Shown here piece by piece: positions 19,711-29,866 of a stretch of 64,000 nucleotides of DNA; the first letter of the stretch is position 1, and each line of letters begins with the position of its first letter. A model generated the notes under the pieces. The model was not told the DNA's origin and did not search any database. It worked only from the letters and a program-made list of their open reading frames with translations. Made by a program: the position numbers and the translations under genes. Location: the sequence record PQ349265.1; one strand, written 5' to 3'. This DNA comes from Escherichia phage CJY920.

Positions 19711-21264
19711 GTGATGATTAAGAATGAAATTAAAATTCTGAGCGATATTGAACATATCAAAAAGCGTAGCGGCATGTATATTGGCTCTTCTGCTAATGAA
19801 ATGCATGAGCGCTTTCTGTTTGGTAAATGGGAAAGTGTTCAGTATGTACCTGGTCTTGTTAAGCTTATTGATGAAATTATCGATAACTCAGTAGATGAAG
19901 GTATTCGTACTAAGTTTAAATTCGCAAATAAAATTAGTGTTACTATTAAAAACAATCAAGTAACAGTTGAAGATAACGGTCGCGGTATTCCACAGGCGAT
20001 GGTTAAAACACCTACTGGTGAAGAAATTCCTGGTCCTGTTGCTGCATGGACTATTCCAAAAGCAGGTGGTAACTTTGGTGATGATAAAGAACGCGTCACT
20101 GGCGGTATGAATGGTGTTGGTTCTAGTTTGACAAACATTTTTTCTGTGATGTTTGTCGGTGAAACTGGTGATGGTCAAAATAATATTGTAGTTCGTTGTT
20201 CAAATGGCATGGAAAATAAATCATGGGAAACTATTCCAGGAAAATGGAAAGGAACTCGTGTTACTTTCATTCCTGATTTTATGTCATTTGAAACTAATGA
20301 GCTGTCCCAAGTTTATCTTGACATTACACTAGATCGTCTCCAGACACTTGCAGTAGTTTATCCTGATATTCAATTTACCTTTAATGGTAAAAAGGTTCAG
20401 GGCAATTTTAAGAAATATGCACGCCAATATGATGAGCATGCTATCGTTCAAGAACAAGAAAATTGCTCTATTGCGGTTGGTCGTTCACCGGATGGTTTTC
20501 GTCAATTAACTTATGTGAATAACATTCACACTAAGAATGGTGGCCATCACATTGACTGTGTTATGGATGATATTTGTGAAGACCTTATTCCACAAATCAA
20601 ACGTAAGTTCAAAATTGATGTGACTAAAGCACGCGTTAAAGAATGTTTGACTATCGTTATGTTTGTCCGTGATATGAAAAACATGCGATTTGATTCTCAA
20701 ACTAAAGAGCGTTTGACTTCTCCATTTGGTGAAATCCGTAGTCATATTCAACTTGATGCTAAAAAGATTTCACGTGCTATTCTAAATAATGAAGCAATTC
20801 TAATGCCGATTATTGAAGCTGCTTTGGCTCGTAAATTGGCGGCAGAAAAAGCAGCAGAAACTAAAGCAGCTAAAAAGGCTTCTAAAGCTAAGGTTCATAA
20901 ACATATTAAAGCGAATCTTTGTGGTAAAGATGCTGATACTACTCTTTTCTTGACTGAGGGTGATTCGGCTATCGGATATCTTATTGATGTTCGTGATAAA
21001 GAACTTCACGGTGGTTATCCATTACGTGGTAAAGTTCTCAACAGTTGGGGTATGTCATATGCTGACATACTTAAAAACAAAGAACTGTTTGATATTTGCG
21101 CAATCACTGGATTAGTTCTCGGTGAAAAGGCGTTTGAAGAAAAAGAAGATGGCGAGTGGTTTACTTTCGAACTAAATGGCGATACAATTATCGTAAATGA
21201 AAATGATGAAGTACAGATTAATGGTAAATGGATAACAGTAGGTGAATTACGAAAAAATCTATAA
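19711..21264 (+). CDS. 39: gp39 DNA topoisomerase II large subunit (GyrB-like ATPase)
   Basis: GHKL ATPase motifs (EIIDNSVDE, GLHG-like), Toprim; ends without the C-terminal part encoded by gene 60. Confidence 0.93.
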   Translation: MMIKNEIKILSDIEHIKKRSGMYIGSSANEMHERFLFGKWESVQYVPGLVKLIDEIIDNSVDEGIRTKFKFANKISVTIKNNQVTVEDNGRGIPQAMVKTPTGEEIPGPVAAWTIPKAGGNFGDDKERVTGGMNGVGSSLTNIFSVMFVGETGDGQNNIVVRCSNGMENKSWETIPGKWKGTRVTFIPDFMSFETNELSQVYLDITLDRLQTLAVVYPDIQFTFNGKKVQGNFKKYARQYDEHAIVQEQENCSIAVGRSPDGFRQLTYVNNIHTKNGGHHIDCVMDDICEDLIPQIKRKFKIDVTKARVKECLTIVMFVRDMKNMRFDSQTKERLTSPFGEIRSHIQLDAKKISRAILNNEAILMPIIEAALARKLAAEKAAETKAAKKASKAKVHKHIKANLCGKDADTTLFLTEGDSAIGYLIDVRDKELHGGYPLRGKVLNSWGMSYADILKNKELFDICAITGLVLGEKAFEEKEDGEWFTFELNGDTIIVNENDEVQINGKWITVGELRKNL

Positions 21265-22060
21265 TGACTTAATAGTGCGGGGTAAAACCCGCGTTTCTAA
21301 ATTTAAGGGTGAAATTCATCATATCCTTCCAAGATCAATGGGAGGTTCTGATGATAAAGAAAATTTGGTGAAACTGACTTTTCGTGAACATTTTTTAGCA
21401 CATTTTCTACTATATAAAATTCATCGTAATCGTGAAATGGCATATGCGATGAATAGAATGTTAAACACTGAAAAATATTTACGTTCTAGTAAATTATATG
21501 AAATTGCTAGAATTTACCATCAAAGAGCAGTATCTGAATGGTCAAAAAACTTTATGAAAGATAAAGTTTTAATGAGAAGTATTAAATCGGGTAAATGCGC
21601 CTTATTAATTAAAGGATCATTTAACCCAAAGGAATGGTGCGGTGTTAATAAAGGTGTTAAGCTTCCTGGAATTAAAGGCATGACATGCTTTAAAAATGAA
21701 AAAGGCGAAGTTTTTCGTCTTCATGTTAATGATCCACGCATTAAAGCTGAAAAATTAGTTGGTATTGGAAATACTGTTGCTGCTACTGCAAAAGCAGCTG
21801 AACTTGAAAAAGCGAAACCATGGTATAATAAATCAGCGACAAATCCAGAGGCTGTAAAATTAATACCAAATTTATATGAATGGTACGTCACGAAATATGA
21901 CCCCGATCATTATAAACGAACGGGAGTTGCTAAATGGAAATCAGTTAATAATATAACTGTGAATTCAAAATTATTCGGCCGAGCATTTAATGAATTTAAA
22001 CGCGGTTGGATTCCTGATGAAAAGTTCTATGAGGTGTATAATGAAATTTGTAAAAATTGA
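21242..22060 (+). CDS. mobA: HNH homing endonuclease (MobA-like) inserted between genes 39 and 60
   Basis: HNH motif EIHHILPRSMGGSDDKENLVKLTFREHFLAH; overlaps 39 stop and 60 start. Confidence 0.7.
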   Translation: MNYEKIYNDLIVRGKTRVSKFKGEIHHILPRSMGGSDDKENLVKLTFREHFLAHFLLYKIHRNREMAYAMNRMLNTEKYLRSSKLYEIARIYHQRAVSEWSKNFMKDKVLMRSIKSGKCALLIKGSFNPKEWCGVNKGVKLPGIKGMTCFKNEKGEVFRLHVNDPRIKAEKLVGIGNTVAATAKAAELEKAKPWYNKSATNPEAVKLIPNLYEWYVTKYDPDHYKRTGVAKWKSVNNITVNSKLFGRAFNEFKRGWIPDEKFYEVYNEICKN

Positions 22061-22573
22061 TTCTTCTAGCGTTGATATGAAAAAATATAAATTGCAGAAC
22101 AATGTTCGTCGTTCTATTAAATCCTCTTCAATGAACTATGCGAATGTCGCTATTATGACAGACGCAGATCACGATGGATAGCCTTCGGGCTATCTATAGA
22201 AATACCTCATAATTAAGAGATTATTGGATTAGGTTCTATTTATCCTTCTCTGCTTGGATTTTTTAGTAATTGGCCAGAACTGTTTGAGCAAGGACGAATT
22301 CGCTTTGTCAAAACTCCTGTAATCATCGCTCAGGTTGGTAAAAAACAAGAATGGTTTTATACAGTCGCTGAATATGAGAGTGCTAAAGATGCTCTACCTA
22401 AACATAGTATTCGATACATCAAGGGATTGGGCTCACTTCAGCGGGATGAATATAAAGAAATGATTCAAAACCCTGTGTACGACGTAGTTAAACTTCCTGA
22501 AAATTGGAAAGAACTATTTGAAATGCTCATGGGTAACGACCCTGAACTCCGTAAAGATTGGATGCTAGGATAA
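22041..22573 (+). CDS. 60: gp60 topoisomerase II subunit, translated across a 50-nt bypass (codons 1-46 = 22041..22178, resumes 22229..22573; 160 aa)
   Basis: ANVAIMTDADHDG then UAG; downstream frame LGSIYPSLLGFFSNWPELF... continues the protein; identical layout to T4 gene 60. Confidence 0.9.
22179..22228 (+). other. gene 60 translational bypass (hop) coding gap, 50 nt
   Basis: Take-off GGA 22176-22178, UAG stop, hairpin ggatagccttcgggctatc, landing GGA 22226-22228. Confidence 0.9.
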
Positions 22574-23370
22574 TGAATTATCGTAAAATTTATGATAAAC
22601 TTATCGCTGCGGCTAAAAACCGCAGCACTATTCCTAATTATACTGAAACTCACCATATTTTGCCTAAATCTATGGGCGGGAGTAATGCTAAATCAAATCT
22701 AGTTAAAATGACCCCTAGAGAGCATTTTATCGCCCATTTATTGCTTTATAAAATTCATAAGAACCGTTCTATGCTTATGGCTATTAGAGCTTTTTACATG
22801 GGAGCTAGAAATTCTAGAGATTATGATTGGCTTAAACAAGAATTCTCTAAAGAGCACTCTAGATTTATGAAAGAATGGATTGCTAAAAATGGCAACCCAT
22901 TTAAAGGTAAAAAACATACTAAAGCAACAAGAGAATTAATGTCACATATTGCTTCACAACGTATAGGCGAATTAAATCCATTTTATGGTAAAACTCATAC
23001 GCAAGAAGCAATAGATAAAATAATACAGGCTAACAAGTTATCTTGGGAGAATGGGCGAAAAGCACCTGTAAAAACAAAAGAACACCAGGATAAAATAACT
23101 AAATCAAGAATGGAAACATTTAAAACAAAAGGATTTAAACCATACACTCCTAGGTCAGAAGAAACTAAAGCTAAGACTAGAGAGTTGTATAAATCTAAAT
23201 ATGAAAGAAGGCCTATAAGAATCACAAGTGTAAAAACAGGCGAAACTATTGATTTTAACTATCTTTATGAATTAAGGGAGTATTTAGATATAGGGTCTTC
23301 TAATATATTGAAAGCATTAAATAATCCTAACAGAACCTGCAAAGGTTATAAAATGTGTTGGATGTCCTAA
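22573..23370 (+). CDS. second HNH homing endonuclease with NUMOD3-like repeats, 265 aa
   Basis: ETHHILPKSMGGSNAKSNLVKMTPREHFIAH; repeats NPFKGKKHTKATRELMS / NPFYGKTHTQEAIDKI; ATG overlaps gene 60 stop. Confidence 0.7.
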   Translation: MNYRKIYDKLIAAAKNRSTIPNYTETHHILPKSMGGSNAKSNLVKMTPREHFIAHLLLYKIHKNRSMLMAIRAFYMGARNSRDYDWLKQEFSKEHSRFMKEWIAKNGNPFKGKKHTKATRELMSHIASQRIGELNPFYGKTHTQEAIDKIIQANKLSWENGRKAPVKTKEHQDKITKSRMETFKTKGFKPYTPRSEETKAKTRELYKSKYERRPIRITSVKTGETIDFNYLYELREYLDIGSSNILKALNNPNRTCKGYKMCWMS

Positions 23371-23397
23371 GCTCCTTCGGGAGCTTCATTTTAATTT
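23370..23397 (+). terminator. rho-independent terminator-like hairpin
   Basis: agctccttcgggagctt + cattttaatttt. Confidence 0.5.
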
Positions 23398-23486
23398 TAA
23401 TAAGGCTTAATTATGAAAGTTATGTTTATCCCATCTCGTGCAGTCCCATTTAATCCTGACCTTCGCAAAGAATGGATGAGCCAATA

Positions 23487-23516
23487 GTTTACTTTACCAC
23501 AAGGATGTGGTATAAT
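23487..23516 (+). promoter_or_regulatory. early promoter
   Basis: gtttactttaccacaaggatgtggtataat. Confidence 0.55.
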
Positions 23517-23541
23517 TAATTGGGCAAATGAGGATATTGAA

Positions 23542-23745
23542 ATGAAATCATATAAAGTAAATTTAGAACTTTTTGATAAAGCAGTTCATCGAGAATATAG
23601 AATCATTCAACGCTTTTTCGATATGGGAGAAGCCGAAGAATTTAAAAACCGCTTTAAAGATATTAGAGATAAAATTCAATCCGACACCGCAACTAAAGAC
23701 GAACTACTAGAAGTTGCTGAAGTTATTAAGCGTAATATGAATTAA
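23542..23745 (+). CDS. hypothetical protein (rIIA.1 position), 67 aa
   Basis: ORF directly upstream of rIIA. Confidence 0.5.
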   Translation: MKSYKVNLELFDKAVHREYRIIQRFFDMGEAEEFKNRFKDIRDKIQSDTATKDELLEVAEVIKRNMN

Positions 23746-23755
23746 TGAGGAAATT

Positions 23756-25933
23756 ATGATTATCACCACTGAAAAAGAAACAATTCTTGGTAATGGTTCT
23801 AAATCAAAAGCATTTAGCATCACAGCATCTCCTAAAGTATTTAAAATTCTGTCATCTGATTTGTATACAAACAAGATTCGCGCAGTAGTTCGTGAATTGA
23901 TTACCAACATGATTGATGCCCATGCTCTTAATGGAAATCCTGAAAAATTTATCATTCAAGTTCCTGGACGTTTAGATCCACGATTTGTTTGCCGAGATTT
24001 TGGTCCGGGTATGAGCGATTTTGATATTCAAGGTGATGATAATTCTCCTGGGTTGTATAATTCATACTTTAGTTCATCTAAGGCTGAATCTAACGATTTC
24101 ATTGGTGGATTTGGTTTAGGTTCTAAATCTCCGTTTAGTTATACTGATACATTTAGTATTACTTCATATCATAAAGGCGAAATTCGTGGTTATGTAGCTT
24201 ACATGGATGGTGATGGTCCACAGATTAAACCTACATTCGTAAAAGAAATGGGTCCAAATGATAAAACTGGTATTGAAATCGTAGTTCCAGTTGAAGAAAA
24301 AGATTTTAGAAACTTTGCTTATGAAGTTTCTTATATCATGCGACCATTCAAAGATTTGGCTATCATTAATGGTCTTGACCGTGAAATTGATTATTTTCCG
24401 GATTTTGATGACTACTACGGCGTAAATCCAGAAAGATACTGGCCAGATCGTGGTGGATTGTATGCTATCTATGGTGGTATTGTTTATCCTATTGATGGTG
24501 TTATTAGAGACCGTAACTGGTTAAGCATTCGCAATGAAGTGAATTACATTAAGTTTCCAATGGGTTCACTTGATATTGCTCCATCACGTGAGGCTCTTTC
24601 ACTAGATGATCGTACTCGTAAAAATATTATTGAGCGTGTTAAAGAGCTTAGTGAGAAAGCATTTAATGAAGATGTAAAACGATTTAAAGAATCTACATCT
24701 CCTCGTCATACATACCGTGAATTGATGAAGATGGGATATTCTGCTCGAGATTATATGATTAGTAATTCGGTCAAATTCACGACTAAAAATCTGTCATATA
24801 AGAAGATGCAAAGCATGTTTGAACCTGACAGTAAGTTATGCAATGCAGGGGTTGTGTATGAAGTAAATCTTGACCCTCGACTGAAGCGCATTAAGCAAAG
24901 CCATGAAACTTCAGCCGTTGCGTCAAGCTATCGTCTGTTTGGTATTAATACGACAAAAATTAATATTGTTATTGATAATACTAAAAATCGTGTTAATATT
25001 GTCCGTGGATTAGCACGTGCATTAGATGATAGCGAATTTAATAACACCTTAAATATTCATCACAATGAGCGTCTTCTGTTTATTAATCCGGAAGTAGAAT
25101 CACAGATTGATTTACTCCCTGATATTATGGCAATGTTTGAAAGTGATGAAGTTAACATTCATTATTTGTCAGAAATTGAAGCTTTAGTTAAAAGTTATAT
25201 TCCAAAGGCAGTAAAAAGTACAGCTCCTCGTCCTAAAACTGCCACTGCATTTAAGTTTGAAATTAAAGACGGGCGTTGGGAAAAAGAGGAATTGTTTACG
25301 CTCACATCAGAAGCAGATGAAATTACTGGTTATGTAGCATACATGCATCGTTCTGATATTTTCTCTATAGATGGTACTACATCGCTTTGTCATCCATCTA
25401 CGAATATTTTGATTCGTATGGCTAATCTTATTGGCATTAATGAATTTTATGTTATTCGTCCGCTTTTGCAGAAAAAGGTAAAAGAACTTGGTCAGTGCCA
25501 ATGTATTTTTGAAACTTTGCGTGATTTATATGTAGATGCTTTTGATGATGTAGATTATGATAAGTATGTAGGTTATTCAAGTTCAGCTAAACGATATATT
25601 GATAAAATTATCAAGTATCCTGAGTTAGATTTTATGATGAAGTACTTCAGTGTAGATGAAGTTTCTGAAGAATATACACGACTCGCTAATATGGTTAGTT
25701 CATTACAGGGTGTATATTTCAACGGTGGAAAAGATACCATCGGTCATGACATCTGGACAGTAACTAATCTTTTTGATGTATTATCAAATAATGCTTCAAA
25801 AAACAGTGATAAAATGGTTGCTGAGTTTACCAAGAAATTCCGTATTGTTTCCGACTTCATCGGTTATCGCAATTCTTTAAGTGATGATGAAGTTTCCCAA
25901 ATCGCTAAAACTATGAAGGCCCTTGCGGCCTAA
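23756..25933 (+). CDS. rIIA: RIIA protein, 725 aa
   Basis: Length 725 aa, N-terminal GHKL-like region; followed by rIIB. Confidence 0.9.
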   Translation: MIITTEKETILGNGSKSKAFSITASPKVFKILSSDLYTNKIRAVVRELITNMIDAHALNGNPEKFIIQVPGRLDPRFVCRDFGPGMSDFDIQGDDNSPGLYNSYFSSSKAESNDFIGGFGLGSKSPFSYTDTFSITSYHKGEIRGYVAYMDGDGPQIKPTFVKEMGPNDKTGIEIVVPVEEKDFRNFAYEVSYIMRPFKDLAIINGLDREIDYFPDFDDYYGVNPERYWPDRGGLYAIYGGIVYPIDGVIRDRNWLSIRNEVNYIKFPMGSLDIAPSREALSLDDRTRKNIIERVKELSEKAFNEDVKRFKESTSPRHTYRELMKMGYSARDYMISNSVKFTTKNLSYKKMQSMFEPDSKLCNAGVVYEVNLDPRLKRIKQSHETSAVASSYRLFGINTTKINIVIDNTKNRVNIVRGLARALDDSEFNNTLNIHHNERLLFINPEVESQIDLLPDIMAMFESDEVNIHYLSEIEALVKSYIPKAVKSTAPRPKTATAFKFEIKDGRWEKEELFTLTSEADEITGYVAYMHRSDIFSIDGTTSLCHPSTNILIRMANLIGINEFYVIRPLLQKKVKELGQCQCIFETLRDLYVDAFDDVDYDKYVGYSSSAKRYIDKIIKYPELDFMMKYFSVDEVSEEYTRLANMVSSLQGVYFNGGKDTIGHDIWTVTNLFDVLSNNASKNSDKMVAEFTKKFRIVSDFIGYRNSLSDDEVSQIAKTMKALAA

Positions 25934-25944
25934 TAAGGAAAATT

Positions 25945-26883
25945 ATGTACAATATTAAATGCCTGACCAAAAACGAACAAGCTGAAATTGTCAAACTGTA
26001 TTCAAGTGGTAATTACACTCAGCAGGAATTAGCTTATTGGAAGGATGTATCGGTTGACACAATCCGTCGTGTTTTGAAAAATGCTGAAGAAGCTAAACGC
26101 CCTAAAGTTACTATTAGCGGTGATATTACAGTTAAAGTTAATAGCGATGCAGTTATTGCTCCAGCTGCTAAATCTGACATTATTTGGAATGCATCTAAAA
26201 AATTCATTTCAATTACTGTTGACGGTGTAACTTATAACGCAACTCCTAATACTCATTCAAACTTCCAGGAAATTCTTAATCTGCTTGTAGCGGATAAGTT
26301 GGAAGAAGCGGCACAAAAAATTAATGTTCGTCGCGCTGTTGAAAAATATATTTCCGGTGATGTTCGAATTGAAGGTGGAAGCTTGTTCTATCAAAACATT
26401 GAATTGCGGTCTGGTTTAGTTGATCGTATTCTCGATTCGATGGAAAAAGGCGAAAACTTTGAATTTTATTTTCCGTTCCTGGAAAATCTGTTGGAAAACC
26501 CAAGCCAAAAAGCAGTATCTCGACTCTTTGATTTCTTGGTAGCAAACGATATTGAAATTACAGAAGACGGCTACTTCTATGCTTGGAAAGTAGTTCGTAG
26601 CAATTACTTTGACTGTCATTCAAATACTTTTGATAACAGCCCTGGTAAAGTAGTTAAAATGCCACGTACTCGTGTGAATGACGATGATACACAAACTTGT
26701 TCTCGTGGTCTGCATGTGTGTTCTAAATCTTATATTCGTCACTTTGGCAGTTCAACCAGTCGAGTTGTAAAAGTTAAAGTGCATCCGCGTGATGTAGTAT
26801 CAATTCCGATTGATTACAACGATGCTAAAATGCGTACCTGCCAATACGAAGTAGTTGAAGACGTTACTGAACAATTTAAATAA
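25945..26883 (+). CDS. rIIB: RIIB protein, 312 aa
   Basis: Length 312 aa and position after rIIA. Confidence 0.9.
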   Translation: MYNIKCLTKNEQAEIVKLYSSGNYTQQELAYWKDVSVDTIRRVLKNAEEAKRPKVTISGDITVKVNSDAVIAPAAKSDIIWNASKKFISITVDGVTYNATPNTHSNFQEILNLLVADKLEEAAQKINVRRAVEKYISGDVRIEGGSLFYQNIELRSGLVDRILDSMEKGENFEFYFPFLENLLENPSQKAVSRLFDFLVANDIEITEDGYFYAWKVVRSNYFDCHSNTFDNSPGKVVKMPRTRVNDDDTQTCSRGLHVCSKSYIRHFGSSTSRVVKVKVHPRDVVSIPIDYNDAKMRTCQYEVVEDVTEQFK

Positions 26884-26912
26884 GGGCTTCGGCCCCTTAA
26901 CTAAGGAAAATT

Positions 26913-27107
26913 ATGTTAGGTTATCAAGCACGAGTAAAAGAAGAATACGATCAATTAATGCTCAAAATTAATGCATTGAGCAAATTTTTAGAAAGTGAAA
27001 AGTTTTCAACGGTTAATGCAGTTGAGCAAGAACTGTTGCTTTCGCAGTTTATTTCAATGAAATCTTATGCAGATTGTTTAGAGAAAAGAATTGCACAATT
27101 CAAATAA
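26913..27107 (+). CDS. hypothetical protein, 64 aa
   Basis: ORF from table. Confidence 0.4.
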   Translation: MLGYQARVKEEYDQLMLKINALSKFLESEKFSTVNAVEQELLLSQFISMKSYADCLEKRIAQFK

Positions 27108-27112
27108 AATAA

Positions 27113-27134
27113 AGGGCTTCGGCCCTTTTGTTTT
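27113..27134 (+). terminator. rho-independent terminator
   Basis: agggcttcggccct + tttgtttt. Confidence 0.6.
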
Positions 27135-27193
27135 AAGGGAAGTTATGATTTATTATATGAATATCAGTAATTCCGACGTGAAAGGAAAGTTTA

Positions 27194-27751
27194 ATGCAGA
27201 AAACAAATCCGGGTTTACAGAGACTATTTCAGATTCCAACATTTATCCTATCGAACGGTGACTTGACTAGTGAAATGAAGGTCAAAATTGCTGATACAGC
27301 AAGATACTCTTTAAAACAAAATCCTAATCAGGATAAAGCAGAAGTCATCGAAAGATGCCGTATCGCTGTGTATGCAGAGTTTTTTGTAGCAGATTGGCTG
27401 AGCGGGTATGTTAACAAAGGCCAAGAGGATGTTAATGACCCGTATACATACGCATGGGATGTATTGGCGCATCCAAGATATTGCGGGCTTCGTGTAGAAG
27501 TTAAGACACATCAAACTGACTCACGTTGGATTTCGGTAACAACCGGATGCAGCGGAGAGTATCCATATGGTTCTGGAATAAATCTAGGGCCCATTCTAAA
27601 TCATCAAGTCGCTGACTGTATAATTATATTCAACACTAAAGAAATTCATCCAGGTGTCATCCAGTACACTCCGAAGTTCATCGGTGACAGAGAAGACCTT
27701 CGTAAGGTTGTAAGAAAAAGCAACTACAACGGATGGTATCTTTCCATTTAA
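27194..27751 (+). CDS. denB: DenB endonuclease IV, 185 aa
   Basis: Length and position (after rIIB) as T4 denB. Confidence 0.7.
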   Translation: MQKTNPGLQRLFQIPTFILSNGDLTSEMKVKIADTARYSLKQNPNQDKAEVIERCRIAVYAEFFVADWLSGYVNKGQEDVNDPYTYAWDVLAHPRYCGLRVEVKTHQTDSRWISVTTGCSGEYPYGSGINLGPILNHQVADCIIIFNTKEIHPGVIQYTPKFIGDREDLRKVVRKSNYNGWYLSI

Positions 27752-27767
27752 AAATTTTCACAAAACG

Positions 27768-27800
27768 GTTTACATACCACAAGGACTGTGGTACTATACA
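27768..27800 (+). promoter_or_regulatory. early promoter
   Basis: gtttacataccacaaggactgtggtactatac. Confidence 0.55.
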
Positions 27801-27824
27801 ACTATCAGCTACGGAGGAGTAAAA

Positions 27825-28013
27825 ATGAAATTTAAATTTTATTACGCTAAACATAAAATTACCGGTGAATTTATTGCATTTACGACTTCAACTACAGGTG
27901 AAGGAGATATTTTTACTGCAGTATTTTTATCAAAATGGGAATCAGATCAACCTTACTTATCATCGCGTGAAGATCTCCAACGATTAGTTAATGGAGAATA
28001 TAATGATTCATGA
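27825..28013 (+). CDS. hypothetical protein, 62 aa
   Basis: SD GGAGGAG upstream. Confidence 0.45.
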   Translation: MKFKFYYAKHKITGEFIAFTTSTTGEGDIFTAVFLSKWESDQPYLSSREDLQRLVNGEYNDS

Positions 28014-28273
28014 TCATATTTAGTCCATGATTGTGTTAAAAAGGCAATAAAACAAAAACACCTGGAAATCGTTGAGATTGAACTATGAGTTCACTGTGGT
28101 GGTGTTTCGTTTGGTTAATTAGTATTCCAGTAATTTGTTTAACATTTACTTTTGTGATGAGGTTATTATGAAAATTTTGAATTCTGTACTTATTGCTTGT
28201 GCGTGGTGGGTTGTGCAAGTTTCAGCGGTAGTAGTTGGTATTCACATTTATTACGAATATTTTTAAAAAAGTT

Positions 28274-28305
28274 GTTTACAAGACTGTTCCTCTGTGGTAT
28301 TATTA
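28274..28305 (+). promoter_or_regulatory. early promoter
   Basis: gtttacaagactgttcctctgtggtattatta. Confidence 0.5.
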
Positions 28306-28331
28306 CCCTATCAACTACGGAGGAACAGAAA

Positions 28332-28445
28332 ATGAAAAAGATTGTTAAAGCTATATGGAATGTAGTTATAATACTAGTAGTTTTGAGTATATTCCCAATC
28401 GTTTTAATGATTGATGTATTAAACGCTTACTTTGGATTTATGTGA
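28332..28445 (+). CDS. small membrane peptide, 37 aa
   Basis: SD GGAGG; single TM helix. Confidence 0.4.
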   Translation: MKKIVKAIWNVVIILVVLSIFPIVLMIDVLNAYFGFM

Positions 28446-28452
28446 GGAAAAT

Positions 28453-28650
28453 ATGAAGCGTAAACGCAGTGCTTTTACATTTATGGAATGGTTTTTCGAT
28501 AATATTTTTCCAGCTTTATTCATTTTCATGCTGATTTTCGCCTTGGGTTCAGTTGTGGTTGGAATCTATTTGATGGCGGTTGTCGGAATGGACATTCATC
28601 AAAATGGCTTAAAATCCGTAGTTGAAACAATTTGGAATGGTGTAAAATGA
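28453..28650 (+). CDS. small membrane protein, 65 aa
   Basis: SD GAGG; hydrophobic TM segment. Confidence 0.45.
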   Translation: MKRKRSAFTFMEWFFDNIFPALFIFMLIFALGSVVVGIYLMAVVGMDIHQNGLKSVVETIWNGVK

Positions 28651-28765
28651 TGAATTTACTAAACATTTGGTTTTATATTCTTATGTTTTACATTGGTGCA
28701 AATTTCCCATATTGGATGGGATGGTCAACAACTGCATTTGGATTTTATACTCCCTGAGGTGAATT

Positions 28766-28981
28766 ATGAAAATTTTTAAAGATGTAAAAGTTGGTGAAAT
28801 TTTCTGTTTAGATAATGGTGATCAGTTAATTCGTATTTCACCTCTTAAGAGCACTAGCGAGAAAATGACAGTTAACGCTACTTTAGCAAATAACAGTAAT
28901 GAACGTTTCTGTATTGAAAATGATACTGAAACTTATACCGTAGAAGAGTTCTGGGAATTGAGCGTCGACTGCGACGATTAA
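28766..28981 (+). CDS. hypothetical protein, 71 aa
   Basis: SD GAGGTG upstream. Confidence 0.45.
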   Translation: MKIFKDVKVGEIFCLDNGDQLIRISPLKSTSEKMTVNATLANNSNERFCIENDTETYTVEEFWELSVDCDD

Positions 28982-29042
28982 TTTAACAGGCCGTGTGTAT
29001 TCATGCGGCCTTGGAGTAGAAAATAATTTAGAGGAAATCAAT

Positions 29043-29486
29043 ATGAAATACATGACTGTTACTGATCTGAATAATGCAGGCGCTACTGTTATTGGTACAA
29101 TCAAGGGCGGTGAATGGGTTTTTGGAACTCCGCATAAAGATATTTTATCTAAACCTGGATTTTACTTTTTAGTAAGTGAATTCGATGGTTCATGCGTATC
29201 TGCACGATTTTATGTAGGTAATCAGCGTTCTAAGCAAGGGTTCAGTGCAGTTCTAAGTCATATTCGCCAGCGTCGATCTCAGCTTGCGCGTACTATTGCA
29301 AATAACAATGTTCCATACACGGTATTTTATCTACCTGCTTCTAAGATGAAACCTCTGACGACGGGATTTGGAAAAGGACAGTTAGCTTTAGCGTTTACTC
29401 GTAATCATCATTCTGAGTATCAAACACTTGAAGAAATGAACCGTATGTTGGCTGATAATTTTAAATTCGTTTTGCAGGCATATTAA
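29043..29486 (+). CDS. ndd: Ndd nucleoid disruption protein
   Basis: Translation [18 protein letters not shown]... matches T4 Ndd from memory; followed by stp. Confidence 0.7.
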
Positions 29487-29566
29487 TGAGTAATTTCCAC
29501 AACGAACACGTGATGCAGTTCTATCGTAATAATCTTAAAACTAAAGGCGTCTTCGGACGCCAGTGA
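29486..29566 (+). CDS. stp: Stp peptide, 26 aa
   Basis: [26 protein letters not shown] matches T4 Stp from memory. Confidence 0.8.
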
Positions 29567-29573
29567 GGAAAAT

Positions 29574-29729
29574 ATGAATATCGCAAAATTATTAGGAGTT
29601 ATTTCATTTATTTGTTGGATAGTAGCATGTGTTTTAACTATCTGTATTGATGTTAGCAATGTGTTTTCGCAAGCTTTAGCTCAGGGTATGTGTGCATATT
29701 TAACATTTGTGTTGTTATCTAATGATTAA
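29574..29729 (+). CDS. ac: Ac membrane peptide, 51 aa (acriflavine-resistance locus)
   Basis: Hydrophobic 51-aa ORF between stp and 52. Confidence 0.55.
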   Translation: MNIAKLLGVISFICWIVACVLTICIDVSNVFSQALAQGMCAYLTFVLLSND

Positions 29730-29862
29730 GAAAATCTTGGGCTATTCATTAGCCCTTGCTATTTTATTGATAGCATTATATTACGGAATAATGTTCGGAT
29801 TAATTCAAGTCGTGCTTTTCATTTCTGATGTTATTATGGCACTACATTCACTAGTATGGTAA
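29722..29862 (+). CDS. small membrane protein, 47 aa (52.1 position)
   Basis: Hydrophobic ORF overlapping ac stop. Confidence 0.4.
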   Translation: MIKKILGYSLALAILLIALYYGIMFGLIQVVLFISDVIMALHSLVW

Positions 29863-29866
29863 ATTT

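Noticed and set aside
19401-19775. 124-aa ORF on the - strand
   Set aside because: Overlaps the + strand lipoprotein gene, its terminator and the gene 39 start; no SD; likely frame shadow.
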